Part shown: positions 58,272-64,000 of the stretch, one piece after another
Layout of the letters: each line of letters starts with the position of its first letter
Position numbering within the stretch: the first letter of the stretch is position 1
Assembly (NCBI GenBank): GCA_036491555.1
Contig: DASXBS010000038.1
Location: forward strand, 2,494-66,493
DNA length: 64,000 nt
Direction: 5' to 3'
Source of the DNA: Casimicrobiaceae bacterium
Lineage (GTDB): Bacteria; Pseudomonadota; Gammaproteobacteria; Burkholderiales; Casimicrobiaceae
Translations under genes and position numbers: made by a program
Notes under the pieces: model-generated
Told to the model about the DNA's origin: nothing
Seen by the model: only the letters and a program-made list of their open reading frames with translations
Database searches by the model: none

Positions 58272-60274
58272 TTCCGGAGCTCGGACATTTTGCGCTGATC
58301 GTCGCGCTGCTGGTCGCGGTGGTCCAGGGTACGCTGCCGCTGCTCGGTGCAGCGACCGGCGATGCGCGACTGATGGCGCTGGCGCGCCCCGCCACACGCG
58401 CGCAGGGTCTCCTGGTGGCGCTGGCGTTCGGCTGTCTCGCCTGGTCGTTCATCAGCAACGATTTCTCGGTGCAGAATGTCGCCTCAAATTCGAATTCGCA
58501 ACTGCCGCTGCAGTACCGCTTTGCTGCGACATGGGGATCGCACGAAGGCTCGCTGCTGCTGTGGACGCTGATGCTGGGCGGCTGGAGCATCGCGGTGACG
58601 CTGTTCTCGCGCAATCTGCCCACGGCGATGCTCGCGCGGGTCGTATCGGTGATGGGTCTGGTCAGCGTGGGATTCCTGTCGTTCCTGTTGTTCACGTCGA
58701 ACCCGTTCGAGCGATTGATACCTGCCGCAGCGGAAGGCCGAGATCTCAATCCGCTCCTTCAGGACCCGGGCATGGTGTTTCACCCGCCGGTGCTGTACAT
58801 GGGCTACGTCGGCTTCTCGGTGGCGTTCGCGTTCGCCATCGCCGCGCTGATCGGCGGGAGGCTCGATGCGACGTGGGCACGCTGGTCGCGTCCCTGGACG
58901 ACCGTGGCGTGGAGCTTTCTCACCGTCGGGATCGCGCTCGGCAGCGGCTGGGCGTATTACACGCTGGGCTGGGGCGGTTGGTGGTTCTGGGATCCGGTCG
59001 AGAACGCGTCGTTCATGCCGTGGCTTACCGGCACCGCGCTCATCCACTCGCTCGCCGTCACCGAAAAGCGCGGTGCGTTCAAGAGCTGGACGGTACTGCT
59101 CGCGATCATCGCGTTCTCGCTGTCGCTGGTGGGGACGTTCCTGGTGCGCTCCGGCGTGCTCACGTCAGTGCACGCGTTCGCCACCGATCCCGCGCGGGGC
59201 ACGTTCATCCTGCTGTTCCTTGCCGTTGTGATCGGCGGCTCGCTCGCGCTGTTCGCGTGGCGCGCGGGCAATGTTGGACTTGGCGGCGCCTTCGGCGCGG
59301 TATCGCGCGAGTCGATGCTGCTGGCAAACAACATCCTGCTGATCGTGGCAATGGCGAGCGTGCTGCTCGGAACGCTCTATCCGTTGTTCCTCGATGCGCT
59401 CAACCTGGGCAAGATTTCGGTAGGCCCCCCCTACTTCGACGCAGTGTTCTATCCGCTGATGGCGCCCGCCGCGTTCCTGATGGGCATCGGCCCGATCGCG
59501 CGCTGGAACAAGGCGCCGCTGCCCGAACTATGGACGCGGCTGCGCTGGGCGCTGGGCGTCGCCGCGGTGAGCGCGCTTCTGCTGCCCTTTGCGCTCGGCC
59601 GCTGGTCGCCGCTGATTGCCTTCGGCCTGTTCCTGGCGCTGTGGATTTTCGCGAGCACCGCCGCCGGTTTGCGCGGGCGACTCGCCAACACGCAGCGCGG
59701 CGGGCTGATCGCGGCGCTGCGCGCGAACTCGCCGTCGTACTATGGCATGCTCATCGCGCACCTCGGCATCGGCGTGTTCATCGTCGGCGTGACGCTGGTG
59801 AAGGGTTACGAAGTCGAGCGCGATGTGCGCCTGGATGTCGATGAAAGCGTCAGCGTCGGTGGCTACGATTTCAAGTTTCTCGGTGTCGCTCCCGGCCCGG
59901 GACCGAATTACCGCGCGGTCACCGGCACCTTCGAGGTGCGCAAGGACGGCCGGCTGGTCGAGACACTGCACCCCGAGAAGCGCATCTACAACGCCTCTGG
60001 GCAGGCGATGACCATCGCCGCAATCGATACGCGCATCGCAGGCGACATCTATGTTTCTCTGGGCGAGCCGGTTGCCGACGCGAATGCAATCGGAGGCCCG
60101 TGGAGCGTGCGCGTTTATCTCAAGCCCTTCGTCGACTGGATCTGGGTTGGCGCATTCCTGATGGCGCTCGGTGGCTTTCTCGCCGTCTCCGATCGCCGCT
60201 ACCGCCTCGCTGTCCGCAGCAGGGTAAGCGCCGCGATCGGCCCCGCCCCATCGGCATCGGCGGCCGCGGACTGA
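58268..60274 (+). CDS. ccmF: cytochrome c haem lyase subunit CcmF
   Basis: 668 aa. Has the WWD motif [19 protein letters not shown]. Confidence 0.96.
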   Translation: MIPELGHFALIVALLVAVVQGTLPLLGAATGDARLMALARPATRAQGLLVALAFGCLAWSFISNDFSVQNVASNSNSQLPLQYRFAATWGSHEGSLLLWTLMLGGWSIAVTLFSRNLPTAMLARVVSVMGLVSVGFLSFLLFTSNPFERLIPAAAEGRDLNPLLQDPGMVFHPPVLYMGYVGFSVAFAFAIAALIGGRLDATWARWSRPWTTVAWSFLTVGIALGSGWAYYTLGWGGWWFWDPVENASFMPWLTGTALIHSLAVTEKRGAFKSWTVLLAIIAFSLSLVGTFLVRSGVLTSVHAFATDPARGTFILLFLAVVIGGSLALFAWRAGNVGLGGAFGAVSRESMLLANNILLIVAMASVLLGTLYPLFLDALNLGKISVGPPYFDAVFYPLMAPAAFLMGIGPIARWNKAPLPELWTRLRWALGVAAVSALLLPFALGRWSPLIAFGLFLALWIFASTAAGLRGRLANTQRGGLIAALRANSPSYYGMLIAHLGIGVFIVGVTLVKGYEVERDVRLDVDESVSVGGYDFKFLGVAPGPGPNYRAVTGTFEVRKDGRLVETLHPEKRIYNASGQAMTIAAIDTRIAGDIYVSLGEPVADANAIGGPWSVRVYLKPFVDWIWVGAFLMALGGFLAVSDRRYRLAVRSRVSAAIGPAPSASAAAD

Positions 60275-60285
60275 GCGGATCGAAC

Positions 60286-60831
60286 ATGATAAAGCGCCCG
60301 ATGCAAGCCGCCCCCTGGTCGATCCCGCTCGTGATCTTCCTCGTGCTGATCGCGTTCCTCTACGTCGGATTGAGCCGTGATCCGCGCGAGGTGCCATCGC
60401 CGCTGATCGGCAAGCCCGCGCCGGCATTCGCGCTTTCACAGCTGCACGACCCTGCAAACACCCTCACCAATACAGATCTGAAGGGCAAGGTGTGGCTGCT
60501 CAACGTGTGGGCGTCCTGGTGCGTATCGTGCCGCCAGGAACACCCTTTGCTCATGCAGCTCGCGGCATCGAACTCGGTCCCAATCTACGGCCTCGACTAC
60601 AAGGACAAGCCGGATGCAGGTCGTGCCTGGCTCACACAGAACGGCAATCCGTACGCGGCGTCCGTGCTCGATCTCGACGGCCGCGTCGGCATCGACTATG
60701 GCGTGTACGGCGTGCCCGAGACGTTCCTGATCGACAAGGAAGGCGTCATACGCTACAAACAGATCGGGCCGCTCACCATGGAGTCGCTGAAGGAAAAGAT
60801 CCTGCCACTGGCCCGGGAGCTGCAGAAGTGA
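60286..60831 (+). CDS. ccmG: thiol:disulfide oxidoreductase CcmG/DsbE
   Basis: From the frame of track ORF 60100..60831, starting MIKRPMQ. Has WASWCVSCRQEHP and GVYGVPETFLID. Confidence 0.93.
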   Translation: MIKRPMQAAPWSIPLVIFLVLIAFLYVGLSRDPREVPSPLIGKPAPAFALSQLHDPANTLTNTDLKGKVWLLNVWASWCVSCRQEHPLLMQLAASNSVPIYGLDYKDKPDAGRAWLTQNGNPYAASVLDLDGRVGIDYGVYGVPETFLIDKEGVIRYKQIGPLTMESLKEKILPLARELQK

Positions 60832-61322
60832 TCCTGCGTGGCCTCGTCGTGCTCGCGATGGTCACGTGCATCGCAGCGCCGGGGACGGGCGCGACGAAGA
60901 TGGAAGCTCCGGCGGCGGACGCCGCGCTCGACCTGCGGCTCAAGAAGCTCGAGACCGAGCTGCGCTGTCTGGTGTGCCAGAACCAGACATTGGCAGATTC
61001 CAACGCGGGGCTCGCCGATGATCTGCGCCGCGAGGTTCGGGGTCTTGCCGAAAGCGGCAAGAACGACGAGCAGATCAAGGCTTATCTCGTCGCCCGCTAC
61101 GGCGACTTTGTCCTCTATGATCCACCCGTCAAGGGCATCACGTGGTTGTTGTGGGGAGGGCCATTCGCATTGCTGGGCGTCGGCGGATTATTGTGGTGGA
61201 CGATTCTGCAGCGGCGCGCGCGACGGGTTTCGCCGGAGGCATTCTGCGCCGACCCGGTCGCGGAAGCCCGCGGGCGCGAGTTGCTCGAAGTCACCGATCC
61301 GACCCGTCAAGCCACGCCTTGA
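60828..61322 (+). CDS. ccmH: cytochrome c maturation protein CcmH
   Basis: The GTG start overlaps the ccmG stop (GTGA). Has the LRCLVCQNQTLADSNA motif and one C-terminal TM helix. Confidence 0.88.
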   Translation: MILRGLVVLAMVTCIAAPGTGATKMEAPAADAALDLRLKKLETELRCLVCQNQTLADSNAGLADDLRREVRGLAESGKNDEQIKAYLVARYGDFVLYDPPVKGITWLLWGGPFALLGVGGLLWWTILQRRARRVSPEAFCADPVAEARGRELLEVTDPTRQATP

Positions 61323-61450
61323 TCGGTGGTTCGGGACGCGCTGCATCGCCGGGATCGCTTATCGATTTGGCGGACGCGCGGTGCCGGTCATGGCATCGGC
61401 GTGGACCGGAGAAGCTTGATGTCGTGCCGGGGCTTGGCATAAGCTCCGCC

Positions 61451-61464
61451 TTGATCTGCGTCAA
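61451..61464. promoter_or_regulatory. FNR/Anr-type box candidate upstream of the NapC/NirT-like gene
   Basis: TTGAT-ctgc-GTCAA has one mismatch to TTGAT-N4-ATCAA. It sits inside the palindrome CCTTGA-N6-TCAAGG, about 105 nt upstream of the GTG start at 61568. Confidence 0.45.
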
Positions 61465-61567
61465 GGGTTCGATGCCCGCGCTGCCGTAGGGTGCTGAAGA
61501 GTCGCTCGCGGGCCATAGCGCACGGCCACTCGAGATCACGCGAACGATCGCCAAGGAGACCACGACC

Positions 61568-62164
61568 GTGCCGACAGCCAGAAACGAAGAACCGCGACGC
61601 GGTGCCCTCTCACGCGTCTGGCATCGACTGTCGACACCCAGCGTGAAATGGTCAGTGCTGTCGTTGCTGATCATCGGGATTGCCGTCGGTGCCGGCGCTA
61701 CTATCGTTACCCAGGTCATGGTTGTGGCGACTGGAACCAACGAGTTCTGCGGCGGCGCATGCCACAGCATGCAGTGGGTCGCCAACGAATATCAGCAGAG
61801 CTCGCATCATTCCAATGAGTTCGGCGTGCAGGCAGGATGTCATGACTGTCATATTCCGGACCGCTATCCGCAGTTACTCTGGTACAAGGCAAAAGCAGGC
61901 ATCCACGACGCGATCGAGGAAATGCGTGGGACGATTTCGACCCAGGAGAAATTCAACAAGGAGCGCCTGCGGCTCGCCAATTCGGTGTGGGCCGAGTACA
62001 AGGCCAACGATTCCGAAAACTGTCAGCACTGCCATAAGTTCAATACCGAGATCGTCGCCAAACAGAAGGATTTCGTCAGGCCCATGCACGAGCAGTTCCT
62101 GGCCAAGGCCGCGACCTGCATCGACTGCCACAAGGGCATCGCGCATAAAGCGCCGGACGAGTAG
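61568..62164 (+). CDS. NapC/NirT-family tetrahaem cytochrome c (membrane-anchored quinol dehydrogenase type)
   Basis: 198 aa. GTG start with an AAGGAG RBS. Has an N-terminal TM anchor and four haem motifs, CGGACH (CX3CH), CHDCH, CQHCH and CIDCH. Confidence 0.82.
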   Translation: MPTARNEEPRRGALSRVWHRLSTPSVKWSVLSLLIIGIAVGAGATIVTQVMVVATGTNEFCGGACHSMQWVANEYQQSSHHSNEFGVQAGCHDCHIPDRYPQLLWYKAKAGIHDAIEEMRGTISTQEKFNKERLRLANSVWAEYKANDSENCQHCHKFNTEIVAKQKDFVRPMHEQFLAKAATCIDCHKGIAHKAPDE

Positions 62165-62258
62165 CCGCTTCGGTACAGCTCGGGGTGTTGGATCGCTTGC
62201 GCTGACGCGTGCGGAGATGCACGCAGAGCCAAGCAGTACCGCCTAGACGGGATGACCC

Positions 62259-62283
62259 AAAAAAATGCCGGCATGGCGCCGGC
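62259..62283 (-). terminator. Rho-independent terminator ending the minus-strand NiCoT transcription unit
   Basis: Stem GCCGGC-atggc-GCCGGC (62267-62283), followed on the minus strand by T7 (A-run at 62259-62265 on the plus strand). Confidence 0.65.
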
Positions 62284-62304
62284 TCGAGTCGATGGTTAAG
62301 GCGG

Positions 62305-62858
62305 CTACTGCGCAAGCACCCACTTGATCAGCGACTTCACATCGTCCGCAGAGCAAAGATTGCTCGCCGCAACAGCTCGCCACGCAACCGCTCCATATCG
62401 AGCGCGGACAGGGCGAGGAAGATGAACGCTGCCGCAGGTTCCGACGTAGCGCGACGATAGAGCACAGACAGCCGCGACGCCAGCGCGCGGCGCATCAGGC
62501 CGCCGTCGTTGACCGAAGGGTCGGCGAGCGCCGCACGATGCGCGAGCAAAAGACGTGCGCAGTCCACGATCGCGCTGCGTTCGGCCCACGCGCTTCGCGG
62601 GACGCGACGCGACCACTCGTCGCACCACGCGCGGAACAGTCCTTCCGACTTGGCGGTGCTCGACCATCAGTTGCAAGTGCGGGAACCGCTTGCGCAGGAC
62701 GAATGCGTCGATGCGATCAGCTTCGATACGGAAGTCCCGCTGGGGTGTGCCCGTGCTGCAGTGTACTGGCGCAGGGTAATGGAGCGGGTCGCAACGGCAG
62801 TGCGCTTCAGCGCATGAGCAAGCTCGCGGCGTCGGAACGCCTGACTGCCCGCGTGCCG
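62305..62858 (-). pseudogene. candidate frameshifted or decayed gene between the NiCoT gene and its terminator
   Basis: No intact ORF longer than 123 aa. Protein-like, GC3-rich stretches occur in different minus-strand frames: ...RDFRIEADRIDAFVLRKRFPHLQLMVEH, then after a frame change ...SEGLFRAWCDEWSRRVPRSAWAERSAIVDCARLLLAHRAALADPSVNDGGLMRRALASRLSVLYRR...LDMERLRGELLRRAIFALRTM*. I do not recognise the family. Confidence 0.35.
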
Positions 62859-63992
62859 CTAATGGAAGTGCTTGTGGGAATGGCTGATACCGTTTTCGTG
62901 CGTGTGATCATGTGCGTGGAGCGGATGTAGATGTCCATAGCGCTCCTCGATGCGACTGAATTTCCAAAGCGCCACCGAGATGCTCCACGCAGCCAGAAAG
63001 ACCCCGACGATCACATAACCGAGAATTCCAAAGTCGAGGCCGGCGACAAACTCGAAGAAGCGTCCGTCGAGATGCAGTATGCCGATAAGGACCTGCATCA
63101 ATTCGATGGTTCCGATCACGAGTGCGACGGCAATCGACAGGCTGGTGATGGTGAGGTTGTAGAAAATCTTCCGCAACGGATTCACGAAGGCCCAGTCGTA
63201 AGCCTTGGCCATCAGGACTCCGTCGGTGGTGTCCATCGCTGACATGCCGGCTGCGAACAGGATCGGCAGCGAGAACACCGCGGCGATCGGCAGATTGCCG
63301 GCCGAAGCACCCGCAGTCATTGCCAGCAGTCCTATCTCCGACGCAGTGTCAAATCCCAAGCCGAAGAGCAGGCCGATCGGATACATCTGCCAGCTATGGT
63401 TGATGAGCCTCTGCAGCCGTCCTCCCAAGAGACGGTTCAGGAAGCCGCGTTGCGTGAGCAGCTGTTCCAGGTGGGCGTGGCTGTGCTTTCCTGTCTTGGC
63501 CTGACGCCATACTTCGAGGATATTCATTAACACCAGGAGGTTGAGTATCCCGATCACCCAGAGGAAGGTGCCGGATACGCCGGTGCCGATAATGCTGCCC
63601 AGTTTTTCCAACTCGGGCAGACCACGCTTCACTGCCGTCGTCGCGAAGATAATCCCTATGGCCATGAAGAATACGATGGTCGAATGGCCGAGCGAAAAGA
63701 AGAAACCAATTCCCAGAGGTCGCTTGCCCTTCTGCAACATATACCGCGTCGTATCGTCGACGGCCGCGATATGGTCTGCATCGAAGGCATGGCGCAAGCC
63801 GAACATGTAGGCGACGAAGCCCAAGCCGACCAGCGCTGGGTAGCGCGACGAGTAGTAGAGAAACAACCCCCAACCGGATAAGTGCAGCAAGGCAATTACG
63901 CCGTAGAGCGCGGCGAGTCGCACCCACTCGTCGCGACTAAAGGAGAGGGGGTGTCGAGCCGTATCGAGTGGCCGCATCCCCTCGACGGGCAC
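62859..63992 (-). CDS. HoxN/HupN/NixA-family nickel/cobalt transporter (NiCoT)
   Basis: Signature motifs RHAFDADHIAAVDD and FFFSLGHSTIVF. Has a His-rich tail, HLHPLHAHDHTHENGISHSHKHFH. The start is GTG at 63992 or ATG at 63977, and the frame may continue beyond the window edge. Confidence 0.88.
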   Translation of the reverse strand: MPVEGMRPLDTARHPLSFSRDEWVRLAALYGVIALLHLSGWGLFLYYSSRYPALVGLGFVAYMFGLRHAFDADHIAAVDDTTRYMLQKGKRPLGIGFFFSLGHSTIVFFMAIGIIFATTAVKRGLPELEKLGSIIGTGVSGTFLWVIGILNLLVLMNILEVWRQAKTGKHSHAHLEQLLTQRGFLNRLLGGRLQRLINHSWQMYPIGLLFGLGFDTASEIGLLAMTAGASAGNLPIAAVFSLPILFAAGMSAMDTTDGVLMAKAYDWAFVNPLRKIFYNLTITSLSIAVALVIGTIELMQVLIGILHLDGRFFEFVAGLDFGILGYVIVGVFLAAWSISVALWKFSRIEERYGHLHPLHAHDHTHENGISHSHKHFH

Positions 63993-64000
63993 TGCGAGGA

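Noticed and set aside
62305-62349. The C-terminal peptide ...SADDVKSLIKWVLAQ* of ORF 62305..62676 resembles the end of a class I cytochrome c.
   Set aside because: Only about 15 residues look protein-like. The rest of that frame is Arg-rich junk with no CXXCH. It is more likely a chance match or a tiny remnant, and it is covered by the decayed-region finding.

Overview
This is a gene-dense, high-GC chromosomal segment. By gene content and synteny it reads like core Betaproteobacteria/Burkholderiales-type housekeeping DNA; that is my inference, as no search was run.

I can support 64 protein-coding genes (dapA is partial at the left edge), one candidate degraded gene, one tRNA-Ser(UGA), several promoter/operator/terminator sites and one short periodic repeat. 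I saw no rRNA, CRISPR array, transposase, integrase, phage gene or recognisable defence gene.

Main blocks, left to right:
- dapA, a methyltransferase and a LysR regulator with a DUF2917 gene
- clpB with a textbook sigma-32 promoter
- kynU-kynA
- an exported alpha/beta hydrolase coupled to a NatAB-like ABC pair, converging on ybbP-ybbA with divergent tesA
- selU, a PhzF-like gene and a DUF1800/DUF1501 pair
- a PolB-like exonuclease, cysM, comEA, hldD, alr and lplT
- the LemA-TPM-TPM operon, then UDG4-rimI-tsaB, rlmD, a BI-1 gene and tRNA-Ser
- a GT39 glycosyltransferase, an orphan GspE-type ATPase, a macrodomain gene and pncB
- corA, a CDF transporter, an RnfB-like gene with nth, two monoheme cytochromes c, fdxA, trxA-rho, a DUF2182 gene and rpmE
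- a second GT-C glycosyltransferase coupled to obgE-proB, then rppH and maeB
- ccmI plus ccmABCDEFGH
- a lower-GC right end with a NapC/NirT-type cytochrome, a roughly 0.55 kb stretch of broken reading frames and a HoxN/NixA-type Ni/Co transporter

I did not find a convincing new multi-gene system. The window is mostly ordinary core genome. The best leads are:
- the two back-to-back exported-hydrolase plus ABC-transporter modules
- the orphan secretion-type ATPase
- the DUF1800/DUF1501 pair with a 12-nt periodic repeat in its spacer
- the LemA-TPM-TPM operon
- the NapC-like cytochrome with a CX3CH first haem motif next to a decayed locus

All functional calls come from motif and family recognition by eye in the supplied translations. 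No database was queried.
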